Shown: positions 12,801-27,155 of the stretch, piece after piece
Layout: each line of letters begins with the position of its first letter
Position numbering within the stretch: position 1 is the stretch's first letter
Source of the DNA: Eledone cirrhosa
Taxonomy: Eukaryota
Assembly: GCA_964016885.1 (NCBI GenBank)
Contig: OZ024758.1
Span: 9,114,001 to 9,178,000, forward strand
Direction: 5' to 3'
DNA: 64,000 bases
Translations under genes and position numbers: made by a program
Notes under the pieces: generated by a model
What the model was told of the DNA's origin: nothing
What the model saw: the letters and a program-made list of their open reading frames with translations, nothing else
Database searches by the model: none

Positions 12801-14494
12801 TTCCATGAGAAAGAATGTGATATAATTTCAAGAGGAAAAATTCCAGTTTGAATATTTGTAGACTTGTGTTCAATCATACTATCATCACTGTTTAACATCC
12901 ATTTTCCACGGTAGCATGGGTTAGACGAGTTGTCCTGTTGAAAGACAAGTTAGATCAAATGACTATTTCTGGCTTTATTTCTACGGCTGGATGAATGCCC
13001 TTCCTAATGTTTAAATATTCACTGTTTTTCTCGCAAACTTCAAATTAATACTAAAATCTTTAACAAGGAACCAGTAATTCATTTGGTTATTATTATTACT
13101 ATTTGTGATCTGGTGAACATTGTAAAAATAAAATAAAAGAGTCATGCTTCCAGTAGACAATATCCAACCTAGATTTGGTCCCAATCCGATTGGGTAAAGC
13201 ACAAACAACTTAGTTGTGTCTGATTCTCCCACCCCATCATATGAAAACCTTTGTAAGAATTTTATTATTTCTTATCGTTTAAAAAAATGAACTTGCATTT
13301 AAAAAATTTGGTTTTTGAATTAAAAAAACAATTACAAATTTATGATCATAATTTTAATATCTTACTTATCTTTAATTTCATACAAGAAATTTAATTCTCA
13401 TCATAGTAAACCATGAAATTAATCAGCAGTTTCCAGTTAATTCAGTACTCCACCACTTATTGCTAGCTAAGTGGGAACAAAGGACAGGATATGACCCTCA
13501 ACTCTTCAGCTGAGAGGTAGACACATTATCCACTTAACTTCTGCAACCCTTAGTAGTTACATAATAAACAAACTTGCTTATGCTTCACTGGATAAATCTT
13601 TCAAATAACATTGCTTGTTACACATTCAATATACTAAATTACAAGCAAATCTGTTTATACTACAATACAGCTAGATAAGATGACTTGCAGAATTTTATAT
13701 TTCAACTGAAACTAGATTTTAATTATCGCAGCTACTATTGGAGAGATTATTATTAGAAAGAGGCAATACAATGTACTACAAGAGCTGATGTATCCAAAAA
13801 TAGGTTACAGTACATTAGATTTATTAAAACTAATGAGACCTTATTCTTAAATTTTGTGTTTTAACTTGAGAACAAAAAAAAATCCATGAGTTGAATACGA
13901 CAAAGTCAACAATATTTTCTTAATCCGTCATCAGCACATGTTATGAAATCATTGCATTAAATCAATAATATCATTATAATTGACTTACCAAGGCTTTGTC
14001 AAACTGAAAGAAGGATTACACATTCTATATTGAAAGGAAAATATAAAATCCCACATTTGAAATAGGAAATAACATGAAATAACAAAAGAAAAAATGCCTT
14101 ACAATCAGTGTTTTTAATTTCTGTTTTAAGACAAATTTCCTTTGCGAAAACTTAATGTGGATTAATAAGCAAGGTTGGTTTTATTGATGGTTAATGGGGG
14201 GGAAAAAATCTAGCAAGCATTGAGGTAGAAGCATAGATCCAAGACCACAATTTCAAAGGAAAAAAATCAATGACAATTAAAAATACTATAGAATAGTCCT
14301 ACAAATGTAATAAAACAGTTTATTTAAAATTAAGAATTAACAAGTAAAATTGAACCCGTTTTTAGTTGGTTTTTGCAAACACAGAATTTTCCAAATAAGC
14401 TGGAGATGTCAGAAAGTAAAAGATAATTTTATGCTGTTGTAATTATTTTTTTCATGATTTTAAAGCTATCTGTTTCAACTAATTAAACTAATGA

Positions 14495-14607
14495 AGCCTT
14501 TGTATCTTATCAGTCGAAATAAGGTCTATAAATATGGCCTTTGTATCTTACCAGTTGAAATAAGGTCTATATATATATGGCCTTTGTATCAGTCGAAATA
14601 AGGTCTG
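14495..14607. repeat. Three ~40-bp tandem units
   Basis: GCCTTTGTATC..CAGTYGAAATAAGGTCT x3. Confidence 0.85.
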
Positions 14608-16081
14608 GTTTTTTTTTTATAGATTTAAGAAAAACAAGCGTAAGAATATAAAATTATTTCATACTATCATTGTTGTCATAATATTGGAGAAAATCACTAA
14701 TAGATACACAGCATGTTATCAGAAAGGTATTGCCATTTAAAACCAATAAAAGAAGTTTACAAACCAGACATTTCTTCATTCATAAGAGCCTTTTAAAAAG
14801 CAAACAAAGGAAACTGAAGGTTGCTTACTACACTCTTATAACAGTCACTTTGTTGTCTCAGAAAAGTCAAATATGTATGTATACAATAATGTAGAATTTA
14901 TAAGGATTTATTAAATAATATAAGGATTTATTAAATAGTATTTCAAATAAATAACCTAATAGAAGAGAAAACTAAATATAGATTATACTATACAATATAT
15001 ACATATACTATACAATATATCACAAATAAACATCGGGAAGCCTTTGGGATGAGGAATGATGAGTGGAAGGCCTAATGACAACAGGACTATTCCAAAAGCT
15101 TTAGAACTACATTGGTGACCAAACAGATGTGAGAAGACAAAATGATATTTATAAGCCATTGGTGATTAGCCAAACTATTAGATTGTCTTTAACAGTCACT
15201 AGAATATTATTGGATTTGTCACTTTTTTTTTTCAAGGACAAACTAAACGCATTATTATTTACATATAATCCTGATGTATTTCCCAACTTATAAGTAACTC
15301 TAAGCATGTTTTCCTTTATATAGAACCTGACCAAAGCAAATTCTCAACATATTTAATACATATCACATTGGCATAAACATCATCTTTGTAAATTGATTTT
15401 CAAAAGGCTCAACAGTAGCTGGTAAAAGATGAAGGAAGTAAATTGAAAATCTTTGAGTTTTCATAGTATAAAAACTTGAGAACATACAGATTTCACTGTT
15501 TAGCTGAGCTCAGATAAGATGTCAATTTAAGGAATTATAGGGTTATCAATAAACAACTCAAAGTAAATACAAAAACAAAAAATGTCCATTAGACAAGAGG
15601 TTATTTTATCCCACAATAAATGTTTATTTTTACTTTTTTTCTTTCATAATTAAATAATCAATATTGAATAGGTGTAGTATATGTTTGTATTTAATGTAGG
15701 GATTTTTGTATGTATGTGTTTGAGTGTGTACATCTGTGAATGCCTGCATGAAATATTTTCAACAAACTGTTGTAGTTTCAGTTAAGTTCACAAGATGTTA
15801 ACAAAGCTAATTAGAGTTGTTGTTATTATAACCCTTCTCAAAAGTATACAAGTTTATCCAAAAGAGAATAGTTGTATAAAATTGAAATGTAGTTCAGTCA
15901 GGTTGGAGGAGTGAAGTCATTTGCTTTAGAAAATACCACATACTACATTAGTGCCAAGATGAAGTGAAGTGGTAGGCACAATGCTGTGGGAAAGCAGTTG
16001 TTTTCATAAAACTGAAATTGTATCAGACTTCTTTATTTCAATTGTAAATTGGAGAAAAAAGAAAACTAAGAAAACGTTTCC

Positions 16082-19000
16082 CTAGTTTCCATTATTTCCC
16101 CAATCAAACCCACCTGGACGGTCTTCTGGGAAAGGCTGGTAATTTGGATCTTCAACAGTTGTGTCCATCAAATATTTACTATAAAAAAAATGAAGATGTG
16201 GCAAAATGTAACAAAGAAAAAAGGATTATTAAAGAAATAATGTTATCAAATTAAATATTACCATCATCATCATCATTTAATATCCACTTTCCCTGTTAGC
16301 AAGGGTTGGACAGGTCTACATAGACCAAGTCAGTACTGAAACGGGGCCACTGATGTCCCAGACAGGCTGAGAAGGTCTGTATCCCACTTACGTATGGTCA
16401 TTATCAAGTGCAGAGGAAAAGTAGTATTTTGACACAAACTGAAGGATCCTCCTAACCCCTTGCTTGGCAAGCTCTCTACAGCTGGATGTTCTTCCTAACA
16501 CCAACCACTTTACAGTGTGTATTGAGTGCATTTATTGTGTAGATAGTATTATGAGACAACTGAAATTCTTAACACTGACTACATCCCTCTCTCTCAATGA
16601 TTTTAAAGAATAGTATTTTCTGCAGTATAGTTTTATAATTTTCTCTCTGCACTATCTTAGAAAGCTCTTTTATCAATTATCAGTTAATTAAACTTCTCAC
16701 TTTTGACATAACAATTAATGAATGAAAAATGAAGTTTAAAATGTTTAAATTCAAATCAATAAAAAAATAAATTGTACATTAAATATAGGTTAATGCTCTA
16801 ATAAGCTAAGAAAGTAGTGAATTAGAGTATTAATTATTAAAGTTAACCACTCTTTTTTTAATTAGTCCAAGTATATATATAGAAAAGATCTAGTAATGAG
16901 GGAAAGCAATAAATTAGAAAATTAATTCTTGTTTGAATAAATTATTCAAGTGGTAGACATGAATATAGCTTAACAATAACAACTAGTAAAGAAGTTACAA
17001 ACTGAAATTAGATTGTAGCAATTTGGGGGTTGATAAAGGTAAAGAAGGAATGAATGGTTTAGAACAAAATATAAGTAAATACTGGGATAGATGAAGAGAG
17101 AATTTTATAAACCAGTTCATCTAATGATGGAACTACAATAAAACATACTGCAAAGTTGTTGGGAGAAAATATGCCAGCCAAAGGGTCAGTAGGACTCTTC
17201 AGCTGTGTGAAGAACATAACAATCTCTCTAGTGCTGGTGCCATGATAAAATGGCACCTAATGCACTCTGTAGAGTGCAGAAAATACGTAAGCAAAAAGTG
17301 GACCCCCCCCTCTGGTGCGACAGAGAGATCAATCAGTAAGGCTGTTTAAACACTGAGTCAGTTTGTGACAACCCATTCAACTCTTAGGAGCAGGGAAAAT
17401 GGACATTAAATGACAATAATTGTTTCTACTTTAGGCACAAGGCCACCAATTACCCAGTGCATTACTGGTACTTTATTTTATCGACCCCGTAAGGATGAAA
17501 GGCAATATCCAGGTATTTACGGCCGTTTCATTGGTAAGTGCAACCTTATATTGCTATACTAAATTTAGACTGTGAACAACAATTATAATTGAGTGGCTGC
17601 TATTTGCAGTATAGCAATATAAGGTTGCACTTACCAATGAAACGGTCGTAAATACCTGGATAAAATCCTTCTCTTAATGCTTACCTGTGTTTTCTCTTTT
17701 ATACTATATATATACATATATAGTTTTGCAAGAGATATCAACATGAATGGATGACAATAATGAGGTCAATTTAAACGAGTGAAGAAGAGGGAGAAAGATA
17801 TTACAAGTAAAATTTTGCTAAGTGGAGATATAACTTTTTATTTATTGAATACAATACTCACAGAAATTGAGGAGTCCGTAGTATTTTGAAGCCGCCCATT
17901 TGTAGAGGGAATACATCTTCAAGGTAAAAGTAAAGATGGCCAACCAAGATTCCTTGTAGTAAAAACAAATATATTTTTCATTTTATTTCAGAAATAAGAA
18001 AAAGTTGTTTAAAATATTTGAGATCCATAAAGTAACATTTACAAACATTTCTTTGATAAAATGTATTTCCCTGTCCCTAGAAGGTTCAAAAAGGTTTTTA
18101 CATGATTATCCTTTTTCCTAATCACAATTAATTTATCATTAATTAATTTTCCATTAAGGTAGACTGAGACAGATACAGAAATGTGTTTTTCTGTTTTATT
18201 CTTAATCTTCTGTTTCTACTTTATAATAGAAAGAACATCCTAACCAGTGGCATATTGCTGAAGGTGTGCCGGGGTGCAGCTGCACAACACAAAAAAATTG
18301 TTGGCGGAAAATTAGTCATTTAATTTTGTAAAAATGACAGGAGCAATACACTTATGTTCCTATAATAAAAGAGCTGAACATCTATAGAACATAATGTAGC
18401 CTAGTAGGACACAAAATGCTAAGGCTATGAGATTATGGTGCTGGTCTATACAGACCATAAGGTTATAAGTAAGTTATGGTCACACTATTGTCAATGAATA
18501 AGACGACATCTAACTCTGCTCCAGTTTCTCAGATTCCACTTCTTCACAGTTGAGAGTTAGAAGAAAGGACAACTAGCTATCAAAACAATTGCTCCAATAA
18601 AGAAAAATACAAGCTGGGGAGAATATCAACAGTAAAAGTAAAAATAAACCAAATCTCTGAGCTGCACTTGGAAAATTTGACTGTTCTTGTCGGTAAATTA
18701 TCATGTAACATGGTTAAGGCCCTCATGAGTGGCAATCTGACACTCTCAGTAGCAGTGATTCTAACTGAAAGCACTATCTGCTTGTGTTGACCTGGTGGTG
18801 TGTTTACATCAAATGCACTTCAGCTTTTTTTCTTTTTAAACTCCCACCTCTTGACATTCATGTCTCTCTTGCTGGAGGCCAGCTTCCCACATAGCATATC
18901 TTTTGGGATTTTCCTTTTATGTATGCTATGTACATACATGACCCAGCCAGTATAGATGTTGTTGGAGCAAGATGAAGAGGCTTAGTATCTTGTCACAGGC

Positions 19001-22000
19001 CAGAACTTGGTCAGTCCATTTGATGGTCAAGGTATGTCTCAAGCTATAAAGGTAGGGGGGTCCAATCTTTGCTGCAATAAAGCAAGCTTCATAGACTGCA
19101 ATCTTGGTGGGCATTGTTAGCTTTCTCTAGAGGGGTGTTCAAAGTAGTGCGCCACCTATGTCTCATTCTGCTTGTCTTCGACTTTGATTGTCTTACCTGT
19201 TAAGCTTCTCAGTGGTGTTGTCTTATCCCGGGGTGGGCCACTCATATCCACCCATATACTCTATGTACCAAATTATAACTGAATGATTTTACAGAGTTGT
19301 AGTGAGTAGTCATTTGCACAGCATCTGGCTGTTTTCTGGGTCTTCTTGCTGTCCTTAGCTCTTGAAGGGTCTGGGTGTTGGGTCTTACTAGAATGAATGC
19401 TCTGCTTGCCTGGATGCTTGACATAGTGCACCTTCTTTGGCTGAAGTTTGATCTAGCAGCAAACCAGAAAGTGATCCCTGCTGCAGTCAACATTCTGAAA
19501 GGAACCTGCCATCAGTATGTTTTTCAGGTGGTGGTATCTTGTGATTATCAAGTTTAGTAGGTGCCGTCTTCAAGACATTTTGTTCTGAGCTTTGGTCTGT
19601 ATGTAGATATTGGTGAGATAAAATTTGTGGAGCATGCAAAGTTTTCACAGTTGTTATCAGGCAGTTAGGCCAGGAGTGTCCACACTGGCATTGAATGAAG
19701 CTGATCTTGGAATCTCTCGCATTATCTTTGATAATTAATTATAGGATTTATCGTTTGGGTCTTATGTGGAGTTTAAACAATGACAAGGTTGACATGTTGG
19801 ATGTGTAGAGTTGAAGCGAACAAAAATCCACTCTGTCCTTCTATTGCTAAGTTACAACGCCATGCTCTTTAGTTTCATTTGAGTCTTTCCCCTGCTAGAA
19901 GACAGTGTAGTTTCTCTCAAATAGAGTTCCTGATTCTGTAAAACATATCTCTTGGAGCATTGCAACATCCACTTGGATTCCCAACAATTTATTATTAAAT
20001 TACTGCAGTCTTTCACACGCCTCTGATCTCCTAAAGACTAACTAATGTTCCAGTGGTTGTGTATTCCAGCGTCCTAGTTGGAGAGTTGGCTTCTTCCTCT
20101 CATTTGTGCAGTGTTTACCATCCACAGTCAACTTACTTGTATCCCTAACTCTTCTGGATCCAGTGGAACGGCAAGACTGTGTCAGCACTGTACCTAATTA
20201 GCTGGGGAATGCCTACGAAGAGATTGGTAACAGTTGTCCAGTGAGACACAAGAGTTTCTCCTTCTATCAAAAGCAACCCCTGGTGCCATGAACTACATCA
20301 ATTGAGGACAATTTTATAACTGGTAGTTGGTTGCTTTCTGTATTGTACCATAATGGTGAAGTAATGCTGGAGTATCATCTCTTGGGTTCAGGCCTGAGCA
20401 AGGTCTGTATAGAAAACCAGCAATTGTACATGCAGCATGTCTCCTCATGCCATTGATGTTGTCCAAGAGAAAGGCAAGGCCCAATACAGTAAACATCAGT
20501 GTCATTGCAGAAGTTGCTAGAATGAAATTGAGAATGCTACGCTGCCTTAAGGATTCCAGTTTTATATTTGCCACCATAGTTTACTATTAAAGCCTTTCAT
20601 TTCAGGTATGGCCACAAAATAGCATTGGTCTTGAATAAGAGGTTGCCTCATAGATGAACTACCACGTTGGCCAGTTCCATCCACTCAAGTTTACACTCAT
20701 ACCTCTCCACGTTGGTCAGTTCCATCCACTCCAGGACTGGTTTACACTCATAAATGTTAATTTTACTTACCCATGAGATCAACAGCAACAGAATTGCCTA
20801 ACAGGAGAGAAAATGTCAGGAGTACCCATGGTAAATAAGGAGCCTGAAAATTTAGAAGACCAAAGAAATTCATTCTGACATATGGATTTCGTCGACTCCA
20901 GATGTATACCAACATTATAGTGAAGGCATTACCCAAAAAGGCGATATTTCCAATCAATATTGTATTGATCTGATGGTGGTGTTAAGGAAACAACATTATG
21001 TGATAAGTTTTAGACTGATCTATAAAACATGGTAGCATGATAAAAAATCTCTCTTCTTCAAAAATCTCTATATATACCTATACATAAATATTTTATAAAA
21101 CAATAAACCTTATGCTACTAGCAGACATAGTAGTGTGATAGATGATTGTGTCAAAGACAACCTCTCTAGTGCTGGTGCCACAATAAAATATACTTGGTAG
21201 AATGCAGAATCGTATGTAAGAGAGATGTGATCCCTCATGGAAGTCAATGGGCCTACATCAGTCGAGACACAGTCTGTGAAGACCTGGTTAACTCTTACTA
21301 GCAGGAAAAGTGGTTGTTAAATGATGATGATATGAACTATTAAGTAAAAGTTTGATGCAGATATCATTTTTTTAAAAAATGTTTTGAGATACAGAATTTC
21401 TATGAGATTCCTAGCATTTCAGAAATTACGATGAGATTCATAGCAAAAGGGTACATTTTAATTTTTTATACTTGAACAATGGCTTTGTGCATATCAACTG
21501 AATGAAATAATCCTGCAAGCTGACAGGGTTTTGTAGCAGTAGAAGAACAAGATGTTTTACAAGTTGTATTGCAGACTCACAAAGGTGATGCTATGATGCA
21601 ATATAAGAACAAATGGCAATATACTGTACTGTAAACCCACACAACTTATACCAGCAAAGAAAAAAAATCCATGCAAGTGTGGAAAAGCAGACATAAAAAC
21701 AAAGATGATAATGATGATATGAGTTTATAAATTAATTTTGTAAAGGATACAATCATTATAAATCCTCCAAAAAGAAACATAAAAAAGAAGTCAGATGTAC
21801 GTCCTCGAAATGACCCTTCTTCCAGCATACGGCAGTAACGATAGGCGAAAATTATATTGAAAATAAAATTGAAGCCAATAGGTCCAAAATACATAAAATT
21901 GGTGAGAAGCCGCCATATCTAGAGACAGAAAATATAAGAATATATTTAGAAATTGCACATATTGTAATGAATTTTGGATTGATGAATTCAGTATCTATTT

Positions 22001-25000
22001 TTAATTCAATGTGAGATCAAGAACACATTTAAACAATGGTTGAAATAACACAAATTGATAAGGTTAAAAAATTGATTAACCCTTTAGCCTTTACATTACT
22101 CTATATAGACTATTGTATTTTCATGGTAAAGGTTTTATCTTACATAACATCGAATCTATGAGATTTTGATGTTTTTTATTTTAACATCAGTATGAGCGGC
22201 CAGTCTGAAGAGAAAGAGGTGAGAAAATTCTGGCCGGATATGGCTGGTTTAAATGTTAAAGGGTTAAAGATATTTATCATTGTTTCAATTTACAGGGAAA
22301 TACGTATATTTGCCATGTTTACATGCCTGCCTACAATCATGGTTACTGATATATGTACAGATACAAGTTTATATATTTTGGCTGCTTCTTCAAGAATGGT
22401 TACAGTTGAATGACTGAGACTAGTAAAAGACTAAATGAATTACTGCCATTATTATTTATTTTCTAATGTCAGCATTGATCAGAGGTATTTCACTAAACAA
22501 TTCCTGATATATTGTTCAGTAGGAATACATATGAAGGTCGGTTGGAAAGTTCATAGGCTGACAATGAAGGAGTGATTCAAGAGTTGTGAAATCTTGCATG
22601 CATTTCAACTCTTCTTATTGATAACTGTTTTATTTTTTTCCAGGGACTATGTTGAAAAATAAACCTCATTTGGTCATTCCATGAAAGTATCTTGGTCAGC
22701 CTATGAACTTTTCTGCCAACAATCGTAAAAGGATATTAGCTCAGTATTATCATATGGGTTTTAAAGTCCAATAAGGAAAGATTATAGTAGTTCAGCCTTC
22801 TCCAGGGCAGTAACTCAGTAAAATAAACTAATATAACAACTGTTAATTCTTATAAGAACTAATATAACGACTATTAAATCTCTGTAATTTCCATTCCATT
22901 TAATGAGAACTATCAAATCAAACTAGCTAGCTATTACATAGTCACAAATAAATAATATACTTACTTGGTACTTTTTGAAAATCAAGTCTGGATTAAAGTA
23001 TAACTGTAGTGGTGTGATAATATCTAATTTCTGAAAATGAAACCATATTGATATTTTTAGAATCATATATGTTGCTGTATTCAACATTATTATTGCAAAT
23101 TTTCAAAAATATTTAATAGACGAGCCTAAACTGAACTAACAATATTTTATCTTGTTAAACTATCAATTATTCATTTAAACATTTTCGATAAAAAAAACTT
23201 CTAAACTGAAGTAACTGAAAAATGAAAACATGCTTTTAATTCATTGCTAAAGAATATAAGTGGTTGTTATTTCTTTTATCTCAATTCAGTTTTATTATCA
23301 TTGTATAAGAATACATCATAAAGGTAAGTTGTTGACAACAAGAGGTTTCTCTCTATAAATGAAAAGTCAGTGGTATGATGCATGGGGGTGAAACACGGGC
23401 AGTAAATGCAGAGGATATGTGAAAGCTGGAGAGAAATGAAATAAACCTGCTCTAATGCATGTGTATTGTTAATGTGCATGAACAACAAAGCATGGATAAG
23501 TGGAGAGAAAATCTGGATATAAGGAGAAACAAATGTAGTGTACAAGAGAGAAGATAGTGTTGGTATGGATTATAGATGATGACTGCTGGGTGAAGAAGTG
23601 TCATGAGACCCCCAGTAGAAAGAAGATGAAGTAGATGAAGACTGAGATAGACCTGGGTAGAAGTGGTGAGAGCTGATCTCAAAATGCTGAACATGACAGA
23701 GGAGATGGTGAAGGAATACATCAAGTGCAGGGAGCCTGTGCTGGAAAAGACATGTCCAACCCAAGCAACAATGGAAAAACAAACATATGTTGTCTGTGTG
23801 TGAAATCTCAGGTCGTGGAAAGGAAAAGAATAACAAATGAACAATAAGCGATAGGGAACAGTTGCCTGACAGTCAGAGACTATTATCAACTTTCACCATC
23901 ACAACGGTCTATCACCAACACAACCAGCACCATTACCAAACCACCAACAACAATAGTATGAACAAGATAAAGAAATCCATTATAAAATAAGACAAGATGA
24001 GATGTGATAACTTAGTGTATCTAGAAAGTTGACAGAAATGTCTTTCATCTTAGCTCTGCTCAATGAAGATTGACCCAAGACTAACCAAAAACAATACAAT
24101 CAACAAGGTCAGTATGATGAACTCCTCCACCATCACCTACACCACTACCTTTTGAATGACCAACAGCAAATAATAGAATTTCTACTTTTGGCACAAGATC
24201 AGCGATTACCCCCAGTGCATCACTGGTACTTTATTTTATCGACGTTGTAAGGATGAAAGGCAAAGTTAACCTCAGCGGATTTGATCTCAGAACACAAAGG
24301 GCCATAACTATGTTGCAAAGCATGGTGTCTGAAGGCTCTACCAATACTGTAACAAGATAGCAAGGTCTCTGTAGCTAACATATGCTGTATGTCAACATGA
24401 GTGTGATTAACCCTTTAGAGTTCTTATGACATAGAAGTGTCCATCATAAATATGTTATCTGGAAGGACTTTTTAAATATATTATAAAACTTTATTTATTT
24501 TATGGTTCAGTAATAAATACCAAGTAATATTCTAATGCCACCAAAGTTGGAAAAATATCAAGGAAATGTCAAATTACAGGACTTTGGAGTTGTTTTCAAA
24601 TTGTTACATCTCACACTTGCTCTCTACAAGTTTTAATGAAAAATTTTGAATTATTTCCTTATATAAATTTTGCCTTTGTGAGATGTTTTTTTAGGTTCTT
24701 TGGTTGAAGTTTGCTGTAGATGATTGAGGTTTCTTTCACAATATCTTTAATTTTTGTGCTTTGGAACATAATTAGCAGGTTTGATTTAATGGTGGCAAAT
24801 ATGTTTGGCACTCCTGAATCATAAATGTTGAAAAACGGAAGAATATCTTCCTCAACTTTTTGTCTAGAAGTCATAATTTTCTTTGCCTTTTTTATCCTAT
24901 CATTTATTAAATTCAAGGAATATTTATTTTTTTTATTTAAAAAAAACTCTAGGTTCATCTGAATCAACCACTATTGTGCATATTTGTCTTGCCATGGGAT

Positions 25001-26841
25001 GTTCCATTTGGTGACAGGTGGCATGAATAAAAGTTCAATTATTGCTGTGTGCATGTCTTTTTGTAAAATATGTCTATTTTAATTCTGGTGTTACATAATT
25101 TGATGAGGATGTCCAAAAATGGTAGTTCTTTCTCACTGGTTTCTGTGCATTTAAAAGGCTGTGAAATGTTTGCAGCATGCCTTTTGATTTGTTCCAAAAA
25201 ATAAAGTGCTTTCATTTCTCAATAACATATTCTTTAAAATTTTCGCTTTTTCACTAAAGTTAAATGTATTTTAATGATAACCAAAACTGATTCTTCCTTC
25301 TATGTTTGTTAGTCCAGCTCTCACAACCATAAGAAAGGATCAGGGACTTGTACAGTCATCAGGGACTTGTACAGCTTGAGTTTCAGTGGAAAACTGATGG
25401 AATTTCTTTTCCATATGATGTTCAGCTTCTTCAAGGCAGAAGATACCAGCCTGAGTCTTGTCTTATCTCTTTTATTGTGCTGCCATTCTTGGTCAAAGTG
25501 GATCCTAGATATTTGAAGTCGTCCACTTCAAACCTTCCTCCATTTAACATGATGTTGGTTGCTGTATTCTGATAAGGATTATGAATAAAGCAGATAGAAT
25601 TTTGCTTTTCTCTGAGCCGATCTCCATTCCATAAGCTCCTAACACTTTTCCCAGTATGGGGGCGAGTTCTTAGAGTTCTACTTCACTGCCTTCCAGCAAG
25701 TCTATATCATCCACAAAACACAGGAAAGAGGTCGTCCTCCAATGGAAGTAGAGGTGTGGATGTCCTTGAGTGACTCTTGCATCATGTTGAAAAGTACAAA
25801 TGAGAAGAAACATCTCTGTCAAACACCAACAGTTGTCTTGAAGTTTCCAATGTTATTCAGGGAGAACTGTAGTTTCAGTGTTTGTAGTGCTAGGATAACT
25901 AGGATGAGATTGCTGTTTTAATCCTTCAGCACCTGCCATAAACCCTCGTACAAAGACTTGAAGTCAAAGAAGTTATAAAAAAAGGTCACATTGTTTTAAA
26001 TGTTTCTTGGTTAGCAGTCTGATGTTATATATATATATATATAACCCATGCTAGCGTGTTCCTCTACAAGCATTTCTGCTGCCTCCTCTTTAAGTATGTT
26101 TAGCAGTATTTTACTGGGGTGGACAATCAAACTGACGGTTCTGTAATTCTGGCAGAATCTTAAGTTGCCTTTCTTGGGAATGGGTATCATCAGTAATTAG
26201 GTCAATTTTTGTGGCCATTGCTTCATTTCCCATAACACCTGACTAGTAACTGTCAGTACCTTGATAAATTATGGTCCTCCATATTTTAGGAGCTCTGATG
26301 TGATGGTATCCATTCCTGGGGGATTTTCTGTCTTTGAGCAGTTCTCTATTAGTTAGTGGAATTATTCAAGATGCTGGTGTCATGTCTGAGTTTGTGATTA
26401 TAGAGGTCTTTGCAATACTCAGGCCATCTTCTGATAACAACAGTCACATCTATGAGCAGTGAGCATGTTTTGTTCTCAATGGCAGTGCTGACGAGTTGGT
26501 TTGTTTTTGCTAACATTTTTAAGCGACCGTTGTTGCCCTTTTTTTTTTTATCCAAGCTTTGATGTTTTTGCACAGGTCTATTAACCACTTTTCCTGGGCG
26601 TATCTCATTTTCTTCCTGTCCTTCTTATTCACAGCAATGTATAGCTGCTGCCTTGCCTCATGACCAGTTAATTTGATCTTCTCCAGATCCTTTCTTAAAT
26701 CACCTAGGTTTAGCATATCATCCCCAGCACATTTAGAGCAATAAATGGCTTCGTTGATGTTGTTAATCAGAGAGTTAGAGAGTTTATAACTTCGAGGACT
26801 GCAAACCTGCCACCCAATCAGGGAAAGGCCGATGTAAAATG

Positions 26842-26913
<72 letters not shown>

Positions 26914-26966
26914 ACGTCTAAAAGAAAGGCTGTTCTAGACACACACACATATATATATATATACAT

Positions 26967-27042
<76 letters not shown>

Positions 27043-27112
27043 ATGTATGTATATATTTGTTTAACCATGTCAATACTGAAAACGGGCGAAAGATGACGAG
27101 GATATAAAACTC

Positions 27113-27155
<43 letters not shown>

